Made by a program: the position numbers and the translations under genes
Part shown: in pieces, positions 18,504 to 29,002 of the stretch
Layout of the letters: every line of letters begins with the position of its first letter
How positions within the stretch are numbered: position 1 is the stretch's first letter
Assembly: GCA_938036405.1 (NCBI GenBank)
Contig: CALHPT010000370.1
Coordinates: 1 to 36,593, forward strand
Direction: 5' to 3'
DNA length: 36,593 nt
Source: an uncultured Tannerella sp.
Lineage (GTDB): Bacteria; Bacteroidota; Bacteroidia; Bacteroidales; Tannerellaceae
Notes under the pieces: model-generated
Told to the model about the DNA's origin: nothing
Database searches by the model: none
Seen by the model: only the letters and a program-made list of their open reading frames with translations

Positions 18504-20420
18504 ATGACACATGAATTCCTACGCGTTGCGGCCGGTGTGCCGCGACTGAAGCCGGCCGATTACCTCCACAACGCCGACCAGATCATTGCGATGATGCGCA
18601 AAGCATCCAAACGGGGCGTCGACATCATCGCCTTCCCCCACATGGCCATCATGGGTAGCACCTGCGGCGATTTGCGCTTTGATCAGCGCTACAACGAGGG
18701 AGTGACGTTTGGACTGGTCGGCGTCTTGGCGCTAACGCGCTCCCTCCCCATCGTCGGTATTGTCGGCGCACCGCTCCGCGTGAACGACTGCATACGTGAG
18801 GCCGCCGTCGTCTTCCAGTCCGGGCGGATACTCGGTGCGGTGGTTAACGGCGGGCCGGGCGAACGCTTCCCCACCACAAATGTGCAGATCGCTGGCGTCC
18901 CTTTCAACGTCGGTTCCGAGCTGCGTTTCCGTTGCGAGACCTTCACGTTTGCCGTCACGCTGGGCGATGACCTTTTCCGTCCGGTGTCCAACAGTGCACA
19001 GTGTGCCGCGGAGGGGGCCAGCATGCTCTTCCATCTCGACGCCACGCCTACGCGCGTCGGATTGCACGACGAACTGCGCGACACCGTACGGGTGCACTCC
19101 CGCCGCTGCATCGCCGGTCTCGTCTACGTATCGGCCGGGCATGGCGAATCGTCCACGGACCACTTCTTCGACGGCGAGGCCTTCATCGCTGACCGCGGAC
19201 AGATCGTAGCCGAGTCGGTGCCTTTCTCCGCCGACGAGCAACTCCTCATCAGCGAGGTGGATATCGCGGCCTTGAACCATGACCGCATCCGCAGCCCACA
19301 CTTTACGGGGCGCAACCCCTTCGCACCGCAAGCCCAGCGCAGCCTGCTGGACACGCTCCCCTTCGAGCTGCACACGGACGACAGTCCGCTCAGGCGCACC
19401 ATTCCCCCGCATCCGTTCGTGCCCGAAGAGGCGACTGCATGCGATCGGCGTTGCCGTGAGACGTTCCGCATCCAGTCGCACGCACTGGCCGAACGACTCC
19501 GCCACATCGGCCTGCGGCGCGCCGTGATCGGCATCTCCGGCGGACTCGACTCTACGCTCGCGCTCATGGTCACCATCGCCGCCTTCGACCTCTTGAAGCT
19601 GCCCCGCGAAGGCATCATCGGCGTCACCATGCCCGGCTTTGGCACCTCCGACCGCACGCGCGACAACGCCTTGGCCCTGATGGCGTCCGAGGGCATCACC
19701 CTACGCGAGATCTCCATCCGCGCCGCCTGCGAACAGCACTTCCGCGACATCGGCCACGACGGATCGCCCGACACGACTTACGAGAACGTCCAGGCGCGCG
19801 AACGCACGCAGATCCTCATGGACCTGGCCAACATGGAGGGCGCCTTGGTGGTCGGCACGGGCGACCTCTCGGAGCTGGCCCTCGGCTGGTGCACCTTCAA
19901 CGGCGACCACATGTCGATGTACGGCGTCAACGCGGGCGTGCCCAAGACGCTTGTCGGCGCCGTGGTGCAGTGGTTGGCCCGTCGCACCAAGCACCCCGAG
20001 ACGCGTCGCGCCCTCCTGGACATCTCCGAGACGCCCATCAGCCCCGAGCTGCTTCCGCCCTCCCCCGACGGCGCGCACACGCAGCAGACGGAGCGCACGC
20101 TGGGCCCTTACGAGCTGCACGACTTCTTCCTCTACCGCTTCATGCGCTTTGGCGACAGCCCCCGGCGGCTGCTCTTCCTGGCCGAACAGGCCTTCGGCGG
20201 TCGCTACACCCGCGAGGAGTTGCTCGGTGTGCTCCGCACCTTCCTCCGCCGCTTCTTCGCCCAGCAATTCAAGCGCAACTGCATGCCCGACGGTCCCGCC
20301 ATTGGCTCCATCAGCCTCTCCCCACGCGGCGCCTGGGCGATGCCCTCCGATGCTTCCTCCGCCCTCTGGCTGTGCGCGGTGGAGGAGATGGAGAAAGCGA
20401 TGAAGGAGGGCGAAAAATGA
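18504..20420 (+). CDS. nadE: two-domain NAD+ synthetase with a degenerate glutaminase (nitrilase) domain
   Basis: Synthetase motifs GISGGLDST, ENVQARERT, GTGDLSE, ISPEL and QQFKR are intact; N-terminal CN-hydrolase fold; start MTHEFLRVAA. Confidence 0.93.
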   Translation: MTHEFLRVAAGVPRLKPADYLHNADQIIAMMRKASKRGVDIIAFPHMAIMGSTCGDLRFDQRYNEGVTFGLVGVLALTRSLPIVGIVGAPLRVNDCIREAAVVFQSGRILGAVVNGGPGERFPTTNVQIAGVPFNVGSELRFRCETFTFAVTLGDDLFRPVSNSAQCAAEGASMLFHLDATPTRVGLHDELRDTVRVHSRRCIAGLVYVSAGHGESSTDHFFDGEAFIADRGQIVAESVPFSADEQLLISEVDIAALNHDRIRSPHFTGRNPFAPQAQRSLLDTLPFELHTDDSPLRRTIPPHPFVPEEATACDRRCRETFRIQSHALAERLRHIGLRRAVIGISGGLDSTLALMVTIAAFDLLKLPREGIIGVTMPGFGTSDRTRDNALALMASEGITLREISIRAACEQHFRDIGHDGSPDTTYENVQARERTQILMDLANMEGALVVGTGDLSELALGWCTFNGDHMSMYGVNAGVPKTLVGAVVQWLARRTKHPETRRALLDISETPISPELLPPSPDGAHTQQTERTLGPYELHDFFLYRFMRFGDSPRRLLFLAEQAFGGRYTREELLGVLRTFLRRFFAQQFKRNCMPDGPAIGSISLSPRGAWAMPSDASSALWLCAVEEMEKAMKEGEK

Positions 20421-20481
20421 AGCGAGAGCGGTGAATGATGGGCGCCAGATGATGTGTTCGTCCCTCACGGGGCCGTCTGGA

Positions 20482-20504
20482 GGGCGTATGCGATACGCCC
20501 CTAC
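20482..20504 (-). repeat. GTAG-family REP palindrome
   Basis: Minus strand reads GTAG-GGGCGTAT-CGC-ATACGCCC. Confidence 0.8.
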
Positions 20505-20569
20505 CGCGTTACACGTATTTGCTTTCGATCAACACCGCCCTCCCGCCGTTTTCGGCCCCCTGATCCCTC

Positions 20570-20975
20570 GATCTCGGTCGGGCGAAAACGGTTTCCGAAC
20601 ATCTTCCCGAGATGCTGGTTTGTTACCATTTGGTTTCAGACCCGTGTCTCGGGATTCTTTTTTGATGCAAAACGGAAATGGGAAATCTGGCGTGCAATCT
20701 GATGCAATACAAAATTGTTTCGGATCATATTGCATGCAATATAATGGGATACAAATTTGAGTGGAGTCATATTTCACAGCATATGGCTTTAATCAAATAT
20801 GAATCATGTCGCATTTCATGCAATATATTGTAATTCAAAACGAATTGAATCAATATCGCAAAGCATAAGACTTCATTCAAGATTGAAACAGCTCATAGGT
20901 CGTGCGAAATGAATTGAGTCAAAACTGTTTCAGTTTATATGGCACGCCACTCGATGGCTTACGAAATTGTTTCTC
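20570..20975. repeat. cryptic, highly degenerate, indel-free 42-bp period AT-rich array (about 10 units)
   Basis: A CAAAAxTGTTTC-like register at 20584, 20626, 20668, 20710, 20752, 20794, 20836, 20878, 20920 and 20962; stops in all six frames. Confidence 0.8.
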
Positions 20976-20988
20976 TATACATTTCATG

Positions 20989-20996
20989 TAACTTTG
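20989..20996 (+). promoter_or_regulatory. -7 promoter box for the DUF6261 gene
   Basis: TAACTTTG about 45 nt upstream of the ATG; TTG about 20 nt further upstream, inside the last array unit. Confidence 0.65.
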
Positions 20997-21039
20997 CCTG
21001 AAACAAAATAGAGATCTATCGCTGCGTGTAACACATCTT

Positions 21040-21807
21040 ATGATACAGAAAATGAAACAGATCGAAAGCATCTACATGGCCCGCATTCCGGGCGGGGCGC
21101 ACTTCCTGTTCGTCAACAATGTGTGCGAACGGGCCGAGGCCGACGCCAAGGTCAAGGTCGGCGCTAAGACGGAGCTCGAGACGCTGCGTGCGACGTGCGA
21201 TGAGGAAGGCGCCGCACTGGCGCTGTCGCGAAAAAGCCTCCTCTCGGACACCATCCGCGAGGCGGACAAGCGCCGGGAGCGGCTCTACGTCACGCTCCGC
21301 AACATCGTCAAAGCCTATCGCACCTTCCCCGTCGAGGCCGAAGCTGCGGCGGCGCGGCGGCTCGTGCAACTGCTCAAGGATTACGCCATCAACCCCCGCA
21401 TGCAGCGCGACGCCGAGACGGGACTCATGGTGCACCTCTTGGACGACCTTGCCGGTCAGTACGCCGCGGACGTCGCCACGCTCCGCATCGGGCCACTCGT
21501 CGAGGCCCTCAAGGCGGTCAATGAGCAGCTGCGTAGCACCACAGACCGACGGTCTGACGAGCGGTCGGCGCACGTGGTGGGTCGGCTGCAGAAGGCCCGA
21601 AAGGAGGCCGACAGGGCTTACAGCGCGTTCGTACGCAAGGTCAACGCCCTGGCCGTCGTCGGTGGTGCGGAGGATTACGCCGCGTTCATCGATTACGTCA
21701 ACACCGAGGTGGCCCATTACCACCGCGAGGTCATCCCACCGCGTAAGAAGAAGAACGCCCCGCCCGAGTCCGACCCCACATCTGCCCCCGCCGATAGCGA
21801 GGCGTGA
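21040..21807 (+). CDS. DUF6261 / HagB-like all-helical protein
   Basis: Recognised by pattern only: AHFLF..., SRKSLLSDTIREADKRRE, YAINP...AETGL..LLDDL, ARKEADRAY..FVRKVNA, FIDYVN; basic, Pro-rich tail. The start could be 21052. Confidence 0.75.
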   Translation: MIQKMKQIESIYMARIPGGAHFLFVNNVCERAEADAKVKVGAKTELETLRATCDEEGAALALSRKSLLSDTIREADKRRERLYVTLRNIVKAYRTFPVEAEAAAARRLVQLLKDYAINPRMQRDAETGLMVHLLDDLAGQYAADVATLRIGPLVEALKAVNEQLRSTTDRRSDERSAHVVGRLQKARKEADRAYSAFVRKVNALAVVGGAEDYAAFIDYVNTEVAHYHREVIPPRKKKNAPPESDPTSAPADSEA

Positions 21808-21900
21808 CGGCCCCTTCCCCCTCCGCCGTGAACAAAACGCCCCCCAAACGCCTTATACCCCTACTTCAAACTACGTAAACATCTCCTCCATCCACCTATT

Positions 21901-22566
21901 ATGAATGCAAACCAACCCATGGCCGCGCTCTTCGATTTGGACGGCGTGGTCTTCGACACCGAGCGGCAATACACCGTCTACTGGCAGCAGGTCGGGCGAC
22001 GTTATCACCCGGCCATCACGGACTTTGCGCAGCGCATCAAAGGGCGCACGCTCGTGGAGATCTTCCAGGCATATTTCGACGGACAGGCGGAGGCACAGGC
22101 CGAAATCAGTCGTGGACTCGTCGATTTTGAATCCCGTATGCACTACGACTACCTCCCCGGCGTGGAAGCGTTTCTCGACGAGCTGCGTCGGCACGGTGTG
22201 CCGCGGGCCGTCGTGACCAGCTCGAACCGCGCCAAGATGGCGTGCGTCTACCGCGTGCGGCCGGAGCTGACGGCGCGCTTCGATGCCATCCTCGTGGCGG
22301 AAGATCTGGGGCGGTCTAAGCCCCATCCCGACGGTTATCTGCGGGCGGCCGAGCGTCTCGGCGTGTCGCCCACGCGTTGCGTGGTGTTCGAGGATTCGTT
22401 CACCGGACTCGAGGCTGGCCGACGGGCCGGAGGGGCCGTGGTGGGTTTGGCGACAACGAACTCGGCCGAGGCGATCGCCGATCGCTGCGATCGGGTGATC
22501 GACGACTTCCGCACCTTCACCGTCGACGACATGGTGTCACTCCTTCAAACAATAAACAGACGATGA
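21901..22566 (+). CDS. HAD-superfamily IA phosphatase (beta-PGM-like)
   Basis: FDLDGVVFDTE, VVTSS, SKPHPDGY, VFEDS. Confidence 0.92.
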   Translation: MNANQPMAALFDLDGVVFDTERQYTVYWQQVGRRYHPAITDFAQRIKGRTLVEIFQAYFDGQAEAQAEISRGLVDFESRMHYDYLPGVEAFLDELRRHGVPRAVVTSSNRAKMACVYRVRPELTARFDAILVAEDLGRSKPHPDGYLRAAERLGVSPTRCVVFEDSFTGLEAGRRAGGAVVGLATTNSAEAIADRCDRVIDDFRTFTVDDMVSLLQTINRR

Positions 22567-24776
22567 ATACATCTCCCTTCTTCATGCCGGAGGAGAAACG
22601 CGAGTTCTTCTCCGCTTACCGCCGACTGCTCTCGGGCCTCTCGTCCTGCCTCAAGCCGGAGGATGCGCCCAAGATGAAAGCGCTGATCCGTCGCGTGGTC
22701 GCACTCGATTGTTACGGGCGCGATCGCAACGGCATCAACGGCCTCCTGCGCAACATCAACACGGCCGTCATCGCTACGCACGACATCGGCCTCAAACGCA
22801 CCCCCGTCATCGCCCTCTTGCTCTATCGTCCGGTGATGAAGGAGGCCATCACGCTCGACGAGGTGGAGCAGACGTTCGACGCCGACGTGGCCCTCATGAT
22901 CCGCCGCCTGCTGAAGACCTCCGACCTCTACGCCCGCAACACGGCGGTCAACTCGGAGAACTTCCACCACCTGCTCTTCTCCTTTGCCGAAGATGTGCGC
23001 GTCATCCTCGTCATGATTGCCGACCGCCTCTGCATGATGCGCATGGGCAAACAGATCCGCGACGACAACGACCGCATCCGCCTGGCCACCGAGGTCTCCT
23101 ACCTCTACGCCCCGCTGGCGCATCGCCTCGGCCTCTACACGATCAAGAGCGAGCTGGAGGATCTGTCGCTGAAATACATCGACCCCGACCGCTATCAATA
23201 CATCAAGCAGAAGCTCAACGAGACGAAGCGCTCGCGCGACCGCTACATCGCTGAGTTCATCCGTCCCGTGCGCGAAAAACTCGAGCAAGCGGGCCTGCAT
23301 TTCGACATCAAGGGGCGCACGAAGTCGATCCATTCGATCAACAACAAACTCAAGAAGCAGCACGTGGAGTTTGAGGGCATCTACGACCTCTTCGCCATCC
23401 GCATCATCCTCGACACGCCGCCCGAGTCCGAACGCTCGGAGTGCTGGCGGGCGTATTCGATCGTTACGGACATGTACCAACCGAACCCGAAGCGGATGCG
23501 CGACTGGCTCTCGGTGCCGAAGAGTAACGGTTACGAAAGCCTCCACATCACCGTGCTGGGGCCGGACAAACGTTGGGTAGAGGTGCAGATCCGCACGCGC
23601 CGCATGGACGAGATCGCCGAACGCGGCTTGGCTGCACATTGGAAGTATAAGGGGGTAAAGGAAGAGCGCGGATTAGACGAGTTCCTGAGCGACGTCCGCG
23701 CCATGCTCGAGACGCAGTCGGCCGACCCGATGGACTTGATGAAGGAGTTCCGCACGGACCTCTATCAGGACGAGATCTACGTCTTCACGCCCACCGGCGA
23801 GGTGATCAAGCTGGGCAAGGGCGCCACCGTGCTCGACTTTGCCTTCGCCATCCACTCGAAGATCGGCTGTGGGTGCATTTCGGGTAAAGTGAACGGCAAG
23901 AATGTGCCCATCCGACACACGCTCCAAAACGGCGACTCGGTGGAGGTCGTCACCTCGCCCACGCAATCGCCCAAGCGCGACTGGCTGACGTTCGTCAAGA
24001 CCTCCAAGGCGCGATCGAAGATCAAGCAGGCGCTGCGCGAGGAGTCGGCCAAGGCGGCGGAGTACGCCAAGGAGCTGCTGCAACGACGCTTCAAGAACCG
24101 TAAGATCGAGGTCGAGGAAGCGCTGCTGATGCGTTACATCAAGAAGTGTGGCTACAAGACGGTGACGGATTTCTATGTCGACATGGCCGAGGGCCGTCGC
24201 GACGCGAACACGGTGATCGAGGAGTACCTCGAGTTGGAGCGCCGCGAGCATGGCGAGACGTCGGAACACGCGGAGATCCGCAGCGCCGAGGAGTTTGTGG
24301 CGCCGTCGGAACCGGTTGAGTCGCGCAGCGATGTGCTCGTGATCGACAAGAACCTGACGGGCGTGGAGTACCACCTGGCCAAATGCTGCAACCCCATCTT
24401 CGGCGATCCCATCTTCGGCTTCGTCTCCACACGCGGCATCAAGATCCACCGCACGAACTGCCCCAACGCGCAAGACATGCTCAGCCGCTTCGGCTATCGC
24501 ACCATCCAGGCGCGCTGGAGCGGCAAGGGCACGGACGGTTACGCCGTCACGCTCCACATCGTCGGCAACGATGATCTCGGCATCGTCACCAACATCACGT
24601 CCGTGATCAGCAAAGAGTCGGGCGTCATGCTCCGCTCCATCAATATCGATTCCGTGGATGGACTTTTCCAAGGCAACTTCACCGTCACGGTGAAGGACAC
24701 GGCCTCGCTCAGCGTCCTGACGAAGAAGCTCCAGGCCGTCCGGGGCGTGAAGAATATTGAGCGACTAAACACGTGA
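22563..24776 (+). CDS. long RelA/SpoT homolog, hydrolase motif absent (RelA-like (p)ppGpp synthetase)
   Basis: YAPLAHRLG, GRTKSIHSI, YDLFAIRII, NGYESLH, EVQIRT, GLAAHWKYK; TGS, CC and ACT domains; LLLYRP in place of LLHD. Confidence 0.93.
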   Translation: MNTSPFFMPEEKREFFSAYRRLLSGLSSCLKPEDAPKMKALIRRVVALDCYGRDRNGINGLLRNINTAVIATHDIGLKRTPVIALLLYRPVMKEAITLDEVEQTFDADVALMIRRLLKTSDLYARNTAVNSENFHHLLFSFAEDVRVILVMIADRLCMMRMGKQIRDDNDRIRLATEVSYLYAPLAHRLGLYTIKSELEDLSLKYIDPDRYQYIKQKLNETKRSRDRYIAEFIRPVREKLEQAGLHFDIKGRTKSIHSINNKLKKQHVEFEGIYDLFAIRIILDTPPESERSECWRAYSIVTDMYQPNPKRMRDWLSVPKSNGYESLHITVLGPDKRWVEVQIRTRRMDEIAERGLAAHWKYKGVKEERGLDEFLSDVRAMLETQSADPMDLMKEFRTDLYQDEIYVFTPTGEVIKLGKGATVLDFAFAIHSKIGCGCISGKVNGKNVPIRHTLQNGDSVEVVTSPTQSPKRDWLTFVKTSKARSKIKQALREESAKAAEYAKELLQRRFKNRKIEVEEALLMRYIKKCGYKTVTDFYVDMAEGRRDANTVIEEYLELERREHGETSEHAEIRSAEEFVAPSEPVESRSDVLVIDKNLTGVEYHLAKCCNPIFGDPIFGFVSTRGIKIHRTNCPNAQDMLSRFGYRTIQARWSGKGTDGYAVTLHIVGNDDLGIVTNITSVISKESGVMLRSINIDSVDGLFQGNFTVTVKDTASLSVLTKKLQAVRGVKNIERLNT

Positions 24777-24819
24777 TTCGGCTCTCTGCATAGCAGCGCA
24801 TCTGCTGCGTTGCCGCCCT

Positions 24820-25211
24820 CAAACAGGCGCCTGTTTACCCTCGCGCAAGCCTCTGCCGAGGCAGGGAAGTTTGCCTGGTACAAGAAATAGCGGCGATTTA
24901 TCCAGTACCCGGCCAAACTTCGCCGGCGGCCGCAGCCGCCCCCCAAACAGGCGCCTGTTTACCCTCGCGCAAATTGCAGGACATCAAACAGGCGCCTGTT
25001 TACTCTCGCGCAGATTGCAGGACACCAAACAGGCGCCTGTTTGCCTTCGCGCAGGCTGGAGTAACCCAAACAGGCGCCTGTTTACCTTCGCGCAGGCTGG
25101 AGTAACCCAAACAGGCGCCTGTTTGCCTTCGCGCAGGCTGGAGTAATCCAAACAGGCACCTGTTTACCCTCGCGCAGGCTGGAGTAACCCAAACAGGCGC
25201 CTGTTTACCCT
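24820..25211. repeat. 41-bp tandem array with an AAACAGGCGCCTGTTT palindrome, interrupted by a fragment of the 52-bp repeat family
   Basis: CAAACAGG at 24944, 24985, 25026, 25067, 25108, 25149 and 25190, plus 24820; 24850-24930 resembles 15199-15324. Confidence 0.95.
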
Positions 25212-25213
25212 TA

Positions 25214-25243
25214 CACACCTCAACATCTCAACATCTCAACACC

Positions 25244-25250
<7 letters not shown>
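25214..25250. repeat. 8-bp microsatellite (CTCAACAY)x4
   Basis: CACCTCAACATCTCAACATCTCAACACCTCAACA, overlapping the stop of the CCA-enzyme gene. Confidence 0.8.
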
Positions 25251-26686
<1,436 letters not shown>

Positions 26687-26755
26687 CTGTCTGTCATTTT
26701 CAAAGGGCGGCAAAGATAGATGCCACCCTTGCCACGGATGAAAGCCCAGTCAGAG

Positions 26756-27790
26756 TTACCGCAGCGTGACGCCAGCCTCGGCGCAACGGGCCACCATCAC
26801 TTCGGGCCAGAGCGCAGCCTGCACCTCGCCGATGTGGGCGCAGCGCAGCAAATACATACAGAGGCGCGACTGACCGATGCCACCGCCCACTGCGGGAGGC
26901 ATTTCGCCGGCTGCCAGGGCGCGGTGGAAAGGCAACGCAAGGCGATCCATGCAGCCGGTCATCTCCAATTGGCGAAGCAGCGCCGCAGGATCGACACGGA
27001 TACCCATCGAGGATAGCTCCAGCGGCGCGTCGAGCACAGCGTTCCAAACCAGAATGTCGCCATTGAGGCCGCTGAGGCCGTCCGGTGTGGGAGTGGACCA
27101 ATCGTCGTAGTCAGGAGCGCGGCCATCGTGACGCGAGCCGTCGGAGAGGGGGCCGCCAATGCCGCGAATGAAGACGGCGCCGTAGCGACGTGTTGCCTCT
27201 CGCTCACGCTCCTTGGGGCTGAGATCGGGGAACTCCGCGCGAAGTTCCTCGGCGTGCACAAAGGTGATCTCGCGGGGTAGCGTGGGCGGGATGTGTGGGA
27301 AGGCCTGATGCGTCACGGCCTCGGTAGCCAGCAGGGCGCCGTAGATGCGGCGGACGATGTCGTGAAGGAAGTCCACCGTGCGATCCTCCGGGCGGATAGT
27401 TCGCTCCCAGTCCCATTGGTCGACGTAGAGCGAGTGGATGTTATCCAGCTCCTCGTCGGCGCGGATAGCGTTCATGTCCGTGTAGAGCCCTTGGCCGGGA
27501 GGGATGCGGTAAGCGGCCAGCTTCATGCGTTTCCATTTGGCAAGCGAGTGCACCACCTCGGCACGTCGGTCGCCCATGTCTTTGATGGGGAACGATACGG
27601 GGCGCTCCACGCCGTTGAGGTTGTCGTTCAGACCTGAATCGGCAAAGACGAAGAGCGGCGCCGTGACGCGTCGGAGGCTGAGGGCCTCGGCGAGTTCGGC
27701 TTGGAAGGTCTGCTTGAGCAGCTTGATGGCGTCCTCCATGCCTTCCGTAGGCAGCATGGGGCGATAGTCGGGGGGGAGGTAGAGGTTCAT
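26756..27790 (-). CDS. asnA: aspartate--ammonia ligase (asparagine synthetase A)
   Basis: NDNLNGVERPV, VHSLAKWKR, HSLYVDQWDWE, RAPDYDDW, GGGIGQSRL. Confidence 0.97.
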   Translation of the reverse strand: MNLYLPPDYRPMLPTEGMEDAIKLLKQTFQAELAEALSLRRVTAPLFVFADSGLNDNLNGVERPVSFPIKDMGDRRAEVVHSLAKWKRMKLAAYRIPPGQGLYTDMNAIRADEELDNIHSLYVDQWDWERTIRPEDRTVDFLHDIVRRIYGALLATEAVTHQAFPHIPPTLPREITFVHAEELRAEFPDLSPKEREREATRRYGAVFIRGIGGPLSDGSRHDGRAPDYDDWSTPTPDGLSGLNGDILVWNAVLDAPLELSSMGIRVDPAALLRQLEMTGCMDRLALPFHRALAAGEMPPAVGGGIGQSRLCMYLLRCAHIGEVQAALWPEVMVARCAEAGVTLR

Positions 27791-27817
27791 TGTCTAATCG
27801 TATATGTGATGAGCGCG

Positions 27818-27847
27818 CAAAGGTAAAAGGGTGAAAGCCTACTTTTG
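27818..27847. promoter_or_regulatory. back-to-back divergent -7 boxes for asnA and yeiH
   Basis: CAAAGGTA (27818-27825; TACCTTTG on the minus strand) and TACTTTTG (27840-27847). Confidence 0.6.
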
Positions 27848-27884
27848 GCGCCATCATTTTTACGCAAAACAATACGACTTACAC

Positions 27885-28826
27885 ATGAAAACAACGGATT
27901 CCAAAGCCCGCTATGCCGGGTACGTCTACATCCTTGTCGCTTTTCTCTGCTTCACGCCGTGGGTCACGCCTCCGGTGGCACTCTTTGCTGGGCTTGTCTT
28001 CGCATTCTTTCTCGGTTCACCTTTCCCGATGTTCAACCGTCGTGCGTCGCGTTACTTATTGCAAGTCTCTGTCGTGGGGCTTGGCTTCGGCATGAACCTC
28101 AATGAGTCGCTCCGCGCTGGGGCAGATGGTATCGTCTTCACCATCTTTTCCGTCGTGGGCGTGATGGCCGTCGGCATCCTCTTCGGCCGACTCTTCCGCG
28201 TCGATCGTCAGACGGCTTACCTCATCTCCAGCGGTACAGCCATCTGCGGCGGCAGCGCCATCGCCGCCACGGGGCCGATCGCCAAGGCCAACGAAGCACA
28301 GATGTCCGTCTCGCTGGCCACCATCTTCGTGCTGAACGCCGTCGCCCTCTTCCTCTTTCCGCCGCTGGGCCACCTGCTCGGGCTCACCCAACAGCAATTT
28401 GGCACCTGGGCCGCCATCGCCATTCACGACACCAGCTCGGTGGTCGGAGCCGGTGCGGCCTACGGTGACGAGGCGTTGCGCATCGCCACCACCGTGAAAC
28501 TGACTCGCGCGCTGTGGATCATCCCCCTCTCGCTCTACACCGCCTTCCACTTTCACGCCCGCAACGAGCGCATCTCGATTCCGTGGTTCATTCTCTTCTT
28601 CGTGCTGGCTATGACGGCCAACACCTACCTCGGCATCCCCGCGGAGATAGGATCGACCATCGTACGCGTCGCCCGACAGAGTCTCACGCTGACGCTCTTC
28701 TTTATCGGCGCCGGCCTCTCTCGCGCCACCCTACGCACCGTCGGCGTCCGTCCCTTCATGCAGGGCATCATGCTCTGGCTCTTTATCGGCGTCATCAGTC
28801 TGGCTTTCGTGTACTTCTATTATTGA
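27885..28826 (+). CDS. YeiH/UPF0324 family putative sulfate exporter
   Basis: GTAICGGSAIAA, AIHDTSSVVGA, VKLTRALWI; multiple TM segments. Confidence 0.9.
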   Translation: MKTTDSKARYAGYVYILVAFLCFTPWVTPPVALFAGLVFAFFLGSPFPMFNRRASRYLLQVSVVGLGFGMNLNESLRAGADGIVFTIFSVVGVMAVGILFGRLFRVDRQTAYLISSGTAICGGSAIAATGPIAKANEAQMSVSLATIFVLNAVALFLFPPLGHLLGLTQQQFGTWAAIAIHDTSSVVGAGAAYGDEALRIATTVKLTRALWIIPLSLYTAFHFHARNERISIPWFILFFVLAMTANTYLGIPAEIGSTIVRVARQSLTLTLFFIGAGLSRATLRTVGVRPFMQGIMLWLFIGVISLAFVYFYY

Positions 28827-28867
28827 CACTGTCACCCCATTCTCCCTCGGTGGCTCGATATTCGATC

Positions 28868-28946
28868 TATCTTTGCCCCCGAAACGATTTGACTGACATC
28901 AAGGATTCCGACCGGTAGAACAAGCCTCGGTCGGGATTCTTTTTTT
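28868..28946 (+). promoter_or_regulatory. greA promoter -7 box followed by a leader terminator (possible attenuator)
   Basis: TATCTTTG at 28868; TTCCGACCG/CGGTCGGGA stem at 28906-28936, then a T7 run. Confidence 0.65.
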
Positions 28947-29002
28947 ATAGTGAACGAACCAATCATTAACCCCAACCCCCAAAAAGAAGGAGACTGTAAA
29001 AC

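Noticed and set aside
20431..20777. Short ORFs over the 42-bp array as a 14-aa repeat protein
   Set aside because: The period is a multiple of 3, but stops occur in all six frames across the array. A decayed gene cannot be fully excluded.
24944..25211. CRISPR array with a palindromic repeat
   Set aside because: The inter-palindrome segments are near-identical rather than unique, the unit is only 41 bp, and there are no cas genes.
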